Shown one piece after another: positions 23,601-37,651 of a stretch of 64,000 nucleotides of DNA (its first letter is position 1; each line of letters starts with the position of its first letter). Below the pieces are notes generated by a model. It was not told where the DNA came from and searched no databases. It saw nothing but the letters and a program-made list of their open reading frames with translations. This DNA comes from Tubulanus polymorphus. Lineage: Eukaryota > Animalia > Nemertea. Location: contig NC_134028.1 in assembly GCF_964204645.1 (NCBI RefSeq), forward strand, positions 2,232,001-2,296,000. The letters run 5' to 3'. The position numbers were made by a program, and so were the translations under genes.

Positions 23601-24982
23601 ATTCCTGCAGCGAACTCCAACTTAAAGATATTCGCAGTCATTGACTTCATTCTTACGCTAAATACGGTATATAATATCACTTCAAATCAATGGAGTCCCT
23701 CGGATGGTGGATAAATCGTCATCGTGGGTAGACGCAGTGCTCTCCCATGACATTGTCACTTTGACGTTCCTAGATTGCCATTAAGTTAGTAAATATTCCA
23801 GCAGGGGCGGATTTAGGGGGTGGTCTCAGGGGTCCGGAACTATGCCTTACCATGCATATTGCCGGGCATATTGAGGTTGCCCTTTTCCTAAAAAATGCTC
23901 ATCCTCCCAAAGTTTGCATCTTTTAGGATGTATTTCTTAAATAAAAATAATTTAACACCGAGAGTGGGATCCCGCTAGTGGCCGTTCAGGCGCAGATCCA
24001 GAGGGTGGGTCCGGAACCTCCGCCCCCTTTGGAAAACCACACGTGAAAAATTCCACCGACATTGAGCGATGACAGAAGTCATGCACTAAATAAAAATGTA
24101 ATAAATTTTATCAATCTGCCGCTCTGTCGCTTCATCCAGGAAAAAAATGACCTTCAGAAACGTCTGAACGCAGATTTCCAGGCATATGAATCTGTCTGGG
24201 GAGGACACCCAGACGCCCCCGCGAGCGCTTATGGCATTTTTCGACACGATTCATATCGTTATGATGTTCCGCTATTACGGGGAGCCACCTCCCTTCCCAG
24301 AAATACCCGACGCTACGCCCTGTGTTACGTAGACACTACATGTATACTTATAAATGTTCGATCCTCCTTATTTCAGGTGACATCAATTTCCAAGTGTACC
24401 GCACTACGCAACAGGATGACCAACACCAAATTATCATGGCAATGCAGGTTAAAAGATTATTGTAGGGCTAGTACGATAGCGTGGGTTTACAAAGAATTCA
24501 AATTGTTTGCACCTGTTGATACTGGGACTTTGATAATGGAATTTATTTGTTCTGAAATAGGCCTATATCATTTTGATTTTCTGCACCATGGCCCCCATAT
24601 AACTCGCCATTCCAATATGGATTTATTTCCCCTATGACCTTCCCATGAGTAACGATATCAGTTTTTGAACGGAGTCGGGTAGTGTGTCATGACGTTTTTT
24701 TTTCTATGAAATAGAACTTAGGGCGACTGTTGTTTTAATTCATTTGGATAGAGTGCTAAAAGTGTTTGCTTGGATTCATGGTTTAAATGTCACTTTCTTC
24801 AGGTTGTTCAACTGTCAGTGAGTGAAATATACCGTAAATACAAACAGAAGACTTTAGTAAAGAAGCAGACGTACTCATGGTCCGAATTGATCAGACGACT
24901 GAGCTTAGGGCACATCATTTATCCATGGATCCCACGTGCCGAGGACGACGCCGATATCATGACGCCTAGAGCTTCTGGTTGA
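20609..24982 (+). CDS. PIGQ: Phosphatidylinositol N-acetylglucosaminyltransferase subunit Q (Gpi1). Exons 20609-21285, 21360-21488, 21627-21747, 21843-21969, 22073-22226, 22356-22548, 22737-22854, 24377-24447, 24803-24982
   Basis: [26 protein letters not shown]; [19 protein letters not shown]; [43 protein letters not shown]; C-terminal GHIIYPW. Phases join. Confidence 0.95.
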
Positions 24983-25719
24983 TCCAATGTACCTTTTTAA
25001 CAATAATAAATGACGTTTTTCATTTTACGTAACCACCTTTGCTTTCTTTCTGTCAGCAAATCAAGATCCCCCAAAACCCGACACCATGGGAGGTCCTCGA
25101 CTTGTTGGAATAGAAGAAGTTGAGTTATCCCGTTGGTCTGAAGATAGCCAAGCGCGCAGCGTGTTTACGTTATTGTTTATGTATGGTGGCGCTATTTCCT
25201 AATAACGCTCGTAATACAGCGGCTCATAGCGCGTCCATTGCAAATCAGATTGGAGAAAACCTGAAACATGCACAGCTCAGTAGCTTTGCTTGCTAAAGGG
25301 AGGCATGCTTAGAATCGTGATCGGCCCAAGTGGATGAAGGCGGCGTTTACAGAAATGTGGCGGAGGCCATTCTTCCACACTGACGGAGTCGGAGTCTGCA
25401 GATCGGTATTCCCGATAGGCCCGCCCAGCCTAGCCGTCTGGGGTAGTGCAACTTCACGAAAGCGCTGTGGCCTAAATAAAACATCCGCAGGGAGTCCAAG
25501 TGGCGAAGTGTTTTTGGGCCTCTCAGAAAACATCGCTAGGACCGAGGCGAAGTGCCCACTTTTTAACCCATTTAAAATTTTCCTGGGCTCCTTAATGGAC
25601 CTGGTCTCCTAATAATATACATTGGCAGATAATTCATCATCCTAAGAAAATGCTGATAGACCGGATGTTTAATGCCGAGGTTGTCTGCAGATTAAATTCG
25701 AAATTGAATCTATCATCCC

Positions 25720-26162
25720 AATGAACACGCGTAGGCCTACGGACACGGTTACACGTGCAATGACCAAGGGGTAGACCCCAGAAACTACAGATCTGCAGTA
25801 GCACGTGGTTTGTTAGAAACATGGACAGATACAATTTGCACATGTTTCTGGTCAACCAGCCATGGGAATCACGTGACCTAATTTAAATAATAAAACGCTT
25901 GGCGCATGCGTACAGACATAGTATTGCGAACGGACGCCATATTAAATTGTCGAAATTTATGGACCCCAGAAAATGTGACAGGATTATTCGTAGAATAAGC
26001 GCCGAATCGTGTATGTATATGCATCGATATAACGCCGTTAGACGACATACATCCATTGTGTGGCGCACGTAAAGTTTCCAGGTCGCGGCGACCTCGCACG
26101 CCGGCTAAATCCTCCGTTTGTTGACGTAAAGGTTCCGCCACAAGAGGACTCTACCATCGCTC
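25720..26162 (+). promoter_or_regulatory. Probable ATF7IP promoter / 5' UTR
   Basis: CpG-richer stretch just before the first coding exon, with three CACGTG E-boxes (~25752, ~25802, ~25870), an NRF1-like GCGCATGCG (~25902) and a CRE-like TGACGTAA (~26123). Confidence 0.45.
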
Positions 26163-29100
26163 ATGTCGCGTAAGTTGTTTTCCATAATTCTCTGTTATTT
26201 TAGAGTAATAAAATAATGACTGTATTTAATGCTAACCATATTGTGTTATCCAACATGATTACACGTTTGTGACTGTTTTAGTGTTATGAGACGGCCCCTT
26301 TCATAGGGACTCTGGCGGATTCTCGAAAACGGGAAATGGTGCATGCTGGGATTGATTAAAAACAACTTAAATCAACTTTATTTATTAATTATGCACAACA
26401 GCCAATAATAAACCTGAAATTTTTTTTCATTCATTCTGGTTTATAGGCCTAAATGATTGTTATAAAATTGAAAATATAGTCTATTAGCAGAGTACTGGTA
26501 GGCCTATTGTAGGCCTACAGCTATCTATTGATTACAACTCTCAGAAATCTCACAACTCGCATTACTCGCGGTACTGCTTCATTGTACTGACTGTACGTGT
26601 TTCATTCATTCCCTTGGTTTCAGATTTTTTAATGGCAAATCATTAAATGACCGCAATGTTATCAACAATGTAATACATTATTTTGTCAACCCCCTACTGC
26701 TGCCATCTATTGACATAAAATGTTTGTCTAATGTAATAAAGCCTACTCCTTTTAAAAATTACTAACTCATTTTCAAATAGGGATCAATAATTTATTGTGT
26801 AGCTATCATAAGCTTACCAGAAACTCACCGATCTAGCATGCACGATGAAACCAGATCAACTTATCATGTGCTCTAAAGCTGATGGACAGGCTCAATGCTT
26901 TTTGAAATAGATTTGTGTACTGTGCACAAAAAAATAGAAATTTTATTTTAGGATTATATATCACTTGTGTTTTGTTCTTCGTTCAGTTGGATCACACGCA
27001 CGTTGTTTGCAGTATTTGATGAAATCTTATCATTTAAAGCCTCATGCCTAACATGATTTATGCAATTTGTTTATTATCCAAGTTTTATGCTGATTATATT
27101 TTATCAATGAATCACAGTTAATATTTCAACAAATTAGAAAGGCTTATAGTGAGCTGGTCTACGTTCTATAAACTGGATTCCCATTTCCCATCAGGTTCTC
27201 ACGTCAATGCTCTACACCACTACAGTGTGCGCATGAACACCACCACAGTGTACGAAGTATAGGTACTTCATTGTAATCAACACGCCATTAGCAATATCAA
27301 TTTACCGGTACGAGAAATTGGACATTTTTGAATTAGCTTGGATCGAAATTAAACACGTCTTACCATTATTGGGGAGGCTCTCTCAGTTTCCTACCCGATG
27401 TCCAATCCACTCAACTAACCACTTTCAATTTGGATCAGTTCTTCGATTGAATCATAAATTTCATGCTACAGTACAATAATGTAGCACCGAAGTGAAACGC
27501 CTGTATTTTTAGCTAATTTTGTTTGATTGTCAACTTCTTCATCTACTGATCAGAAAATCATTTTTTCAACCTTGGTTTACCTATAAATGAATATAGGTCA
27601 TATGTGACAACACTCTGACACTGCTTAAATATGATCTTAATTCCTAATACTAGATTCAAGGAGTAAATCAAAAAGTGAATGATGCTTTGCAAAAGATGGA
27701 CAGCCATTTATTTTCAACAGTATTTGATTGGAATTTAGGCATCACCACCATTACCACCACCACCACTATCTCCCATAATGTTGAAATGTTCAATTAATTC
27801 CTCATCTTAAACATGCTGATTGTAGGGTGAGTGAGCGCCATAGTAAATGTAGGGGTTTTCGATGAACATCGCTTAACATTTATTTTTCAAAAATATTTGA
27901 AGGCTTAGCCTCCAAGCTATAGCCGTCATAAGCATAGATAGTAGATTTTGAGGTGGTCCCTCGAGTTGTATGTACGCAGAGCACTGACTGTCAGACAGTT
28001 CATGGATTGGTTCTGTTGGTCATGTGACATTGTGTTGCCTGGGATACGAGATTACAGGAGTGTTGCACTATTGGCAGCTTGCCCATGATTATTTAGTGGG
28101 GTGGGTTTATCATGCACTGACTGATAGGGGGAGCTGTGCGCATAATTCCCAAAGCACCAGATGTTTTGGTTAAAAAAATAACCGATTCAGCCCCCCACTT
28201 GGCCCCGGTGGTTGATGGGCACCGATGTAATGGGCTTGCAATTAAGGATCTCATTTGAGTGTCCAATGATATAAAAAAGATGAAACCATATCTTCCAACC
28301 AGGAACTGAAATTGCTAGGTGAAAAACTATAAATGTCTAAGCTTCTACTTTGTTCAGTAAAATTTACAAATACAATGTATTCAACTCTATATTGCCATGT
28401 TTAAAAATCGCTTCAATATTGGGTACAAAATGTTCAAGAATTAAATTACTCGTTTTGGCAGAATAATTTTGATAATTTTTTGGATTGATCAATGATTATG
28501 CTTTGCCGCAAATCACAATGGCTTCCTTTCTTCGGATTAACCCTTTTGCTATACACGAGAATATTGCTCTCGTTATCTAGGTTAGTTGTATTATAATAAC
28601 CTGAACGTCATAAGCTGCATTATACAGCTATTGACTTGAGAATGATTTGCATATATATCCAGTGGTGGTCGGCGTGGTAGCAACACTGCCATCTATTGGA
28701 TTTATAAAACAACCGTTGCTGTTGATGATTACTGCCATCTATTTGCATGTATCTAACTACTGATAGCTTTGAGAGGAACTTTTCATATTTTGTTCCTAAA
28801 GACAGGTTACTGCACAACCCTGTATGGACAGTGAAATATGTAATCATTGAGAATGTACTTCATTGCATTACCAGTAAAACCATTTCCTACCTCGACAATA
28901 TTAGATAAGATAGTCAGATATAAACATGGAGGATACTTTTTCAATCGAATAAAATGTTTTTCATGGTAAACTTGGTCTAGTAGAAGTTTATGATAAAAAC
29001 AGTGTGTCCAAATCAATCCAAGCAATTAATTCATTAGCACTACCACTTCTGCAATGTTGATAATGGAAATTACATAATGCAAGCAAAATTTGAATGAAAT

Positions 29101-32100
29101 TTAGGGATTTATTATTGGAGAATTGGTATCCACCGTATGCTTTGTATGTTGTAGGTAGTGATACCGAGATGCCTATTACTACTGACGTTGGTGGAGTTCA
29201 CATTCAGTTTGCAAAAGGTAGAGATAAATCAGCAGCAGCTTGCAGCACGCCATGCATTCATTGAGTGAATAGTGTCATATTCCTCTGGGTTAAACGTGCT
29301 AGCTTCTTCATAATGAACGTAATAGGATTTTATATTTACTGACCAGGGAAGATAGCCTTTCATGATGGCTATCTTCATACTTAAACCTAGTTGAGATTAT
29401 TTTAGAAACTAAAAAGAGAGAACATATAGCCCACTAGTCATGCTATTCATTCCATTCTCTAGCTATTTTGGTATATTGTTAGTATCACAAGTCTCCACCA
29501 GCCGGCAGCACATTCTAATTGTGTACAGGTTTGCACGAGAACTTCCCAATAGAATATCTAAAGCCTGGAAAAGGTTCCTAGAGGAAGACTAGAATTTCTA
29601 TCTATATTCTTTTATTATTGAAATTTTGATAACCATTCAATATCTTGCATGTGTCTTTATGAAAAGAATTGTTTAAATGCTCGGATATGAATAGTAACAC
29701 TTGGTAAAATATCTTATTTCAAAATTAATTTGAAGCGATCATTTTGCTGCTGAAAGTGATATTTCAATGAATTAGTAGAAAGTAATTTCCATAATATTTC
29801 AGATGAGAAAATTTCATCAGAAGAAACAGAGCAGACATTGAATAAGATGGGACCTAATGATCCGAGTTCAGCTATTATCAATGGGGATATTATTGAGTCA
29901 AATGGCACCGGTGATGCCACTGACAACGTTATCAAGGGAAAGGACTTACAAATTATGACAAAGTTAACAAATGGATGTTCAGAAGGATCGTTTGAATCAG
30001 TTGGTGCAGTGAATTGTCTAAGTGAAAATACGGAACATAAAGTGAATGGTTTAGATGATGGCGGTAAAACCAGTGAAGATGTTTTGGCTACAGGTGAATC
30101 AGTGGCTGTTAAGGCAAGTTCGATAGAAACCGTTCCTCACAGTCCTAATACGCAAGATGAAGAAATTGATGAATTGTTGTTGTTGTGTGAAAATAGCATC
30201 ACGGAAACTGGAATAACCGTCAGCCCATCGGAGGATAAAGTCTTAGACAGCGGCGATGAAGAAATGGCTGCAGATTCCCCGAAAATGTCTAAATCGAAAA
30301 GTGATCATGAAAATGATCAGAAAATTGATGTGGATCTAGAAAATGAAGAGAACCTGGCTGATAAGGATGGCGATGTTACTCAGAATGATGAGGTAATGGG
30401 CGCCGATGATGAGGTTATGAATGGAAACGATACCGATCGAATCATCGAAAAAACGTCTGAATCGAAACTGTTGCAAATAGAATCAAAATTCGAAGCATCC
30501 GGAAAATTGACGGAAAGCTGCGCGAACAATGGATTATCGGAGTCAAATAAAATGACTCATTGCACTGATGATTCAATGAATGATGGCGATGAAAATGTAA
30601 ATACAGATCTTCCTGGTTCAGTTAACGACAAAGGCGTTGATAATATTCAATTGTCGGACTCAATCGAGAATAACCGCGATGTTGTTGAAGCAGGTAATTC
30701 CGATACGAAAATAGATGCTGATGATGCGAGTGTCGTTGGCGTCGACGATTCACAGAAATCGCCCGACGAAATTTACGAACGAACGATCGGCGACGAAATC
30801 AACGCGATCGTGAACGGATCGAAAGATGAAAATGCATCGCTGAATAATCCCGGTGAGCAGGATGTGTTAGAGGTCGAGATCGACGCCGAAAGCGAGTATA
30901 ACATCATCGAATTCGATGATACGAAATTGGACTGCGACTCGGTGGATGAAAACGTATTGAAAAGCCCGCCGCAATCGTCGGACGATACCGAATCGTCCTT
31001 TCCGAAGTCGACGAAAGTTACGGAAGATGAAAACCTGATTCTGGACGAAGGAGATGACGAAAACAGTGCCATGTTTTCTTCGAAGGACTCTTCGTTGTCG
31101 TCTAGTTGTAAAAGTAAATCATCGTCGGGCGCTCTGCAAATCGGTAAAAGTTTTCGCGACTCGTTCAAATGCGTCGTGGAAAACGCGCTCAACCATCTGT
31201 CGCAATCATCCGGCGACGATTCGCAAGTTGAAAAACTCGCGCCGGATAAAGCGTCGAATGAACCGGTCGTATCGGATGTACGGGTTGCATCAACGACGAC
31301 GACGGCAACTTCTAGAAATTCAGGAAATTTGTTCGAAAATATGTCGTCCGCTCTGGTGACGTCTGCCGAGCATTCGGTAGTGAAGGAGGATGTAGTTGAA
31401 GATACGGTGGATGCTGCTGATAATAAAAACGAAGATGAGTCAATCATAGAATTGAATCAGTCGGAAACATTGAGCACTAGTAAAACGGATAACAGCATTC
31501 TGATATTAGAAAATAGTGATGAAGAGGAAGTTAAAGGTAAGAATCTCGCTTTTTTTGTCAGTTGATTCGGTTTTTGAAAACTTCATGACGTTTTTTCTTC
31601 ATTCATTACTTCAGACGATACTGGCAATAAAGAAGTAGGTGATGATGAAAACATTGGAACCAACAAAGATTGTAACCAGATAACCGATGCTAGTCAAAGC
31701 GATGCTGTACGCAAACGAGTTGCATCACCCGAGGCGAATGAACCCGAGGCTAAACGTATGAAAGTCCCTCCGCCTGACGTGAACGATGCAAATTCTCAAC
31801 CAATGTCGGATTTCAGTTCAAGTACGGAATCCGTACCTGTTTCCGATGGCTACGAAGCTATGGACACGTCAACGGGAACTTCCGTATCTAATGATGCTCG
31901 GACAAATAATGGAACGGACAGCGGAGATAAACCACAAAATAAAAAGGTAGTTTTAGATATCGGCTTCTACATGCGTTCAATGGATAATAAATCATGTCTG
32001 CATTAGGTCAAGATCTGGATTAAACAAATTCAAATGTTTCTTATTCTTGCATATTTGTAGGACTTCGAAGCATTCATGCAAGCTAAATTCAGTTTGTACC

Positions 32101-35100
32101 TTACGAAACAAATGGAGAAAATAATTGCACCTTTGCGAAAACGTGTGCAAGAGTTGAAAGTGAGCAACGAAGCTTGGAAAGCTACAGCGATTGAACTGCG
32201 CAAGAAAGTAGAAGAGGCCGAGGTGTTGATAAATCAAAACGAACTACAATCAAAGACCAATCGTAGGGTTAGTGTCGTTAGTATTCTGTGTTTATGATGA
32301 ATGGTCGTGTTAGAAGTAAATCAGTATTTGCTATATTTGTTTATGTCATCATTGTAGGTTTCTACTCGTAGTATAGGCCTCCAGGTCGACAATTCAAAGG
32401 TAGATAACGAGAAAAATTATCTGTTACAATCAATGAAGATTACTGATTCTTCATATTTGCTGATTCGATAATTATTTCAGGTGGCTAAAATGCAACAAGC
32501 CGCGTTCGCCGCGTCGACCGTCATCGGTCACAATCGACCAGTTACTCCGCGTAAATCTCCACCAACGACCACGATACCGATCAGACCTAATCTTATGCCA
32601 GCGAATACGACTCTGACCACATCATCCAATACGATGTCTCAGTTAGTTCGTCAAATGCAGGTAAAAAAAACTGAACAGAAAAGAATTATTTGAATGTACC
32701 CGATATGAACAATTCTGTACATTCGATAGCATTTAGTTTTATCCTTCCTTACCAGTATTTATTGCATAAAGTATGTGTAAATCCATTACTGACTTTCTCG
32801 ATGAATTTGACTGCATAAGACTCTGTAAAACGTAAGACAACAGGGCAAATTTAGGGACATTGAGTTTGCCCTTTTCATCAAGACAAAGATCGTTAAAACC
32901 TGCCCTTGTTTATCTGAACAATTCCTTATTCATTTCTTCTAGACCTTGGCCTTCCAATTTTCCTAAAATCGACCCTGAGGTCTGTTAGAAATAGGTATTC
33001 ATTTGCTTGTATGGGGCTTGAATTCAAGCTTCTCTAATAGAAATATCTGATGCGATGATTACTACATGCTTTCTATCAATTTCTTTTTATAGTTCGTTCC
33101 ATCGCCTGCGACTCCGCCTTCCGTCACTAACTTCGCTAAACAGAATCAGCACCAGATTATAAAACCTGCTGGTAAGGCGATGATGCCAGCGACTCTTCCA
33201 GCAGTAATAACCTCAACTGGTCAACGCGTAGTCAATGCCAACGTAGTCAATTCAACAATTGCGCAACAAATCAATGTAGCGACGAGCGGTACTATAATGA
33301 CGACGAATCCGCGCGACGTGCAACTGTTTCCGAATTCAATCACCGTACCGGTTTCTGCGGTCAGACAAAACGGGCCGAGATTTACGTCGGGTGTCATCGG
33401 TCAACCTCGACTAGCCGTACCGGCTCCGACGACGCTGACAACCACAACGCGACCGCCTTCATTACAGGTAATCGATTTAACCGGCGACGATTCGCTGAAA
33501 AAGAAACCGACCGGCAGCGTGAATATCGTACGAGGTCCCGCTCCGCCGCAGCTAGTCACCGGAAACATTCAGGGCGTGATGCAACAAGTTCGGCCGCTTC
33601 AGCAGTTACCGGCGGGTACGGGAATACTGGTGAATAATCAAGGACAAGCCGTGTATCTGAGACAGAACTCAGCGGTGCCGAACACGACGCCGACGATCAT
33701 CTATCAAGCCCCAGCTGTTAGCACGTCGTCGCGTCCTCCGATTGTAACTCTACTCCAGCAGCCTCCGGCCGGTAGTAACGTACGATCAACGATAGTTCAG
33801 GTTCCAGCGTCTTCACCACTACTACAACAAGCTAGCTTCCCTCAAACTGCTAATGTGGTATGTTGCATATTATCAATGTTAAAGATGAGATTTTTGAAAT
33901 TGATAACCAGTGCTGTCCAATTGAGTGCTGTCGGTAAGAGGAAAATCTTGCCGACAATCACTCCTTGTCAGTCGAAATAGCTTCTGGGTCCTGTGGGTGA
34001 TCATTATAATCATTTGTTACCTGTTCAAACTTTTGCTTTACCTATGTAATCATATTATTTGCGCAGAGTTTCTTGAGTTAGATTATTTAGAACAGGCTGT
34101 ATGCCATAATGTTACTTCCAATACATCTTTTTGTTGAATGTCACTTGTTAGTCAGGATGTTTAGTACACAGAATTCATGTAATGTACGGGTTCATATATT
34201 ATTTTCAGATGAAGTCTCCGGCTGTGATGCCTCGGCAACAAATTACACCGGCATTACCAGCGGCACCTAAACAAACAGCAGTTCAACTTCCTTCATCATC
34301 ATCAATCACTGTCGTACGTATCACACCTTCATATCCATCCGAGTCTAGATGCTATGTTCAAATAAATGCCTCTTTCTATAACCATCGATGAAACAATGCC
34401 TTGTTCGATGTCCATTGAGTTACTTACCGTTCCTATTCACAACGAGCATTACAATGTTGCGTGTGGCTTTTCACTTTCTCGTTGAATTTCAGACACCACC
34501 ACCTCCTAAACCAGTCACAGTTCAGACTAATACGACAAAACCGACCCCGATAGCGGTTGAACATCCAGCTCCTTTACCGCTGCAACCGCAATCTACATTA
34601 AAAAATGGAAAATCTGTGCCTCCAAAACCTGGTCTGAAAATATCCAGAGTTACCCAAGGTAAAATCCAGATAATATTTTGTATGCTGCTAAATGATTCTA
34701 ATAGTGATTTTCATCCGATAAATGTGATTCATTTCAATGTATTACAGGAATAGTTTTATCATGGAACATGCAAGTGTCATTGAATCACGAAGAGATCTCT
34801 CGTTATCAGCTGTACGCCTATCAGGAGAGTTCAGCGCCGCCTAGTACTTCATTGTGGAAACGAGTAAGTGGAATATTGAGGAAACGGAGTCAGTTTTGAT
34901 TAAGTTCTATGAATATAAACTGATTTCAATCTAAAACTGTGGAACTAGATGTTTAGGTTCACTCGACCCTTTCAGTGCATCTTGTAAAATTGGTGGACTT
35001 CACTAGTGCATCTTTAAGAATTGATTTTGAGTTTGTTTTACCCTAAGTGTCCATCAAATACTGCATCAAATGAAGTCAAATATGTCATGGAATATATTTC

Positions 35101-35291
35101 ATCGAATAGTGAATGTATTTCAGGTTGGAGATGTGAAGGCGTTACCGCTTCCGATGGCGTGTACTTTAACGCAGTTCCAAGAAGGAAATCGTTATCATTT
35201 CGCCGTACGGGCGATTGACTCTAAAAATCGTGTTGGACCATTCAGCGATCCATCCAGTATTCATCTACAGCCATCAACGTCATCTTCATAA
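26163..35291 (+). CDS. ATF7IP: ATF7IP / MCAF1 / Windei (SETDB1 cofactor). Exons 26163-26169, 29803-31536, 31615-31946, 32061-32267, 32358-32399, 32481-32660, 33093-33857, 34209-34313, 34493-34658, 34748-34863, 35124-35291
   Basis: Acidic disordered N-terminus, coiled coil, SUMO-interaction motif [14 protein letters not shown], and C-terminal FNIII domain [69 protein letters not shown]. The first exon ATG TCG C|gtaag fits the phase of the large exon. Confidence 0.93.
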
Positions 35292-35422
35292 CGAACAATC
35301 TACTCAAGCTTACTAATTTCATGACAACAAATGCGGCCAACAACGAAAAAAACAATCCGAGACGAAATGAAAAACCTGTTCGTGTAAACCTTAATTTATG
35401 AATTACCGTGCTGTATATATAA

Positions 35423-35427
<5 letters not shown>

Positions 35428-35486
<59 letters not shown>
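35428..35486. repeat. (AT)n microsatellite in the ATF7IP 3' UTR region
   Basis: Uninterrupted AT run of about 60 bp. Confidence 0.95.
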
Positions 35487-35489
<3 letters not shown>

Positions 35490-36683
35490 AAATGATTCCG
35501 AAGCATTTAACGATATTTTCAATTCAATATATTTCCTTAGAAAGCCAGTAAATAAACATTCCAGAATGTACGGTTAAATCTTTATCAATCGGGCTTTGGT
35601 AATTACCGGGTAAAGGATAGTTTAGTCTGCATACCGGGTAAGGGTTATCCTATGACCTATGAACAGTAAAGTGAAAGAAAAGTGAATTTTGTAATTTATT
35701 CGCCAAGATGTTAAATAGATATAGATATATACATATGTAAATACATTGTATTTCAGTAAATTGAATTAGTAACTATTTGCAAATTTCTGACTATGGAATG
35801 GTTTGTGTAAATAATACCTTTTTGCGAAGCGAAACTTTTGTTATTCCAGATTATTTGGGACCGGTTTTCAGTTTAAAAGTCCAGATTAAATGTCCTGATT
35901 TTATGTAGAGAGAGACCACAAATCTTTTTGCAAAAGAGAATACTCTCATCGTATTGCTATCTGAAAATGCTATAATACCAGTTACTACATCTTGAGAAAA
36001 AATTATATGATTTATTTTCGTTTTAACAGAGAAAAAGTTAGTTTGCATCTTTCTACTTAAAAATGATGACTGGAAATGTTTCGGACGCTGTGTATACAAT
36101 TTATCCAGAAAACTACAGTAAAATATATATATATATATATAAATGTGTTTATAGAAATTTATTAATAAAACGAATTCAGATTTTTATATGTGTAAAGATA
36201 CATGGATATTCGTTCTGATTTTCTCTGGAAGCTTATAATCTTTTCGGTCCGTGGGAGATTTTCTCTTTGAAAGCACGATTTCAATTTCATATTTTATCTG
36301 CTGTAGGGCCCTATTAGTGACACTGGTCGCTTAATGAAGCCGGGAGCGTTTGGTCTCGTATTTCTGGGATGGCGGGGCCGGTTGCTTAGTGATGGCTTAG
36401 ACTTAAGACCAGTCTAATACCAACTTAGTTCTATAGCCAATCTAACAACTTAAGATTTAAGACCACCTTTGGACTTAAAAGTCATGACTGTGCAACAGCT
36501 CGAGTGAAGTATAGATGAGTTATATCAGCGAACAACGAAATGTTGCGGCTATTTCCAAACTATAGAATATAAACCATGGACGTATAAATCCTAGTTTATG
36601 GTAAAACATATCGCGGCAGTTTACTGCGTACTGGTTTCAGTGGCAGTTTTTTCAGCTAACCGCAGTCACAACCTGACTGTCAA

Positions 36684-36813
36684 GTGCTGCCCCTATATTT
36701 ATCGATAGCGGTGAACTTGTAAACTAACTTGATTGGGCATTAATTGGACTGTGGCAAGCGAGCAATAAGTTAGTTCACATATTCACCGCCAACGTTGTGT
36801 ATAGGGGCAGCAC
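36684..36813. mobile_element. 130-bp palindromic (hairpin) MITE-like element
   Basis: Nested inverted blocks GTGCTGCCCCTATA/TATAGGGGCAGCAC, GCGGTGAA/TTCACCGC and AACTAACTT/AAGTTAGTT. The terminal motif also occurs at ~5793. Confidence 0.7.
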
Positions 36814-36965
36814 ATGACTGTGATAAAATTCACATGTTGCGCGGCGTTTGTGAGTCGTAAATAGGCCAACGAAAAAATTAACACTGGTATTTCAAAAAAT
36901 ATAGTGAAGGAAATTACGGCAGTTTTTATTCAGTAGTGTTTCAAGAATTGCTGAATTTCTTTAAA

Positions 36966-37214
36966 GGTGAATCCCGGCACTCAGCGGCCCGAGAGAGCGG
37001 TCCGATCTTGAAAGACCGGCTGCCGCGGGTCCGCCGCCAAGTGCAGCGGAGGAAGTCGATCCGAACCCCGGTTGACAAATGCACCCACCGGCCCGGCTCG
37101 TGTGGGCTCTCGTAAGGGTCCATAGGGAGCAAGTCCCCTCTAAATATGCCCAGCCACCCGTCACTCGTCAAGAAGCGTCGGTCGCACTGACTCGACGGAA
37201 GCCGAGGCATTTTA
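36966..37214. other. GC-rich multi-hairpin island, candidate structured ncRNA (family not identified)
   Basis: Abrupt GC-rich 250 bp with several stem-loops, end-to-end complementarity and a TTTT at the right end. Confidence 0.35.
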
Positions 37215-37651
37215 TACAGTACTAACGGCGTGAGCCGTGAATGCGCGCAGTACTGGTGTAATAGTACGGGCGGTCGTTATAGCACTTGATATTGTTTTGA
37301 GTGTAGATTCCTCGTCTATTGATTTCCCTTATCAGTATTGGCCCGGCATGTACATTCTAGGACAGCTTTATGCGCGTTCACGTTATTAATATGCCTTTGC
37401 ATATAATACCAGTCTGATATACAGCGGAGAGAGGGGTGTGTTTATCGCAAATCTAGTGAATTTAATGCGGGGTATAACTAACACCCATGTGGAATAAAAA
37501 GGATCATATTTTTTCACATTATCAATAAAACTTATGACTCAACAATTAAGTTCGACTTGATATCGGAGAATCTGGAGTTATATAAAAATATATCATTGAG
37601 TAATTTTCAACGCGAGTGTGCTCAATTCAGTCGAAATATTCTTGGATAAGA

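Noticed and set aside
23233-24637. Long ORFs (139 and 191 aa) in PIGQ intron 7
   Set aside because: No recognisable domain. The 191-aa ORF crosses MITE-like sequence and overlaps the real PIGQ exon 24377-24447 in another frame.
25469-25560. HDV-like ribozyme suggested by repeated GGCGAAG
   Set aside because: Could not form P1/P2/P3 with upstream sequence.
30773-31447. 224-aa minus-strand ORF
   Set aside because: Antisense shadow of the acidic ATF7IP exon.
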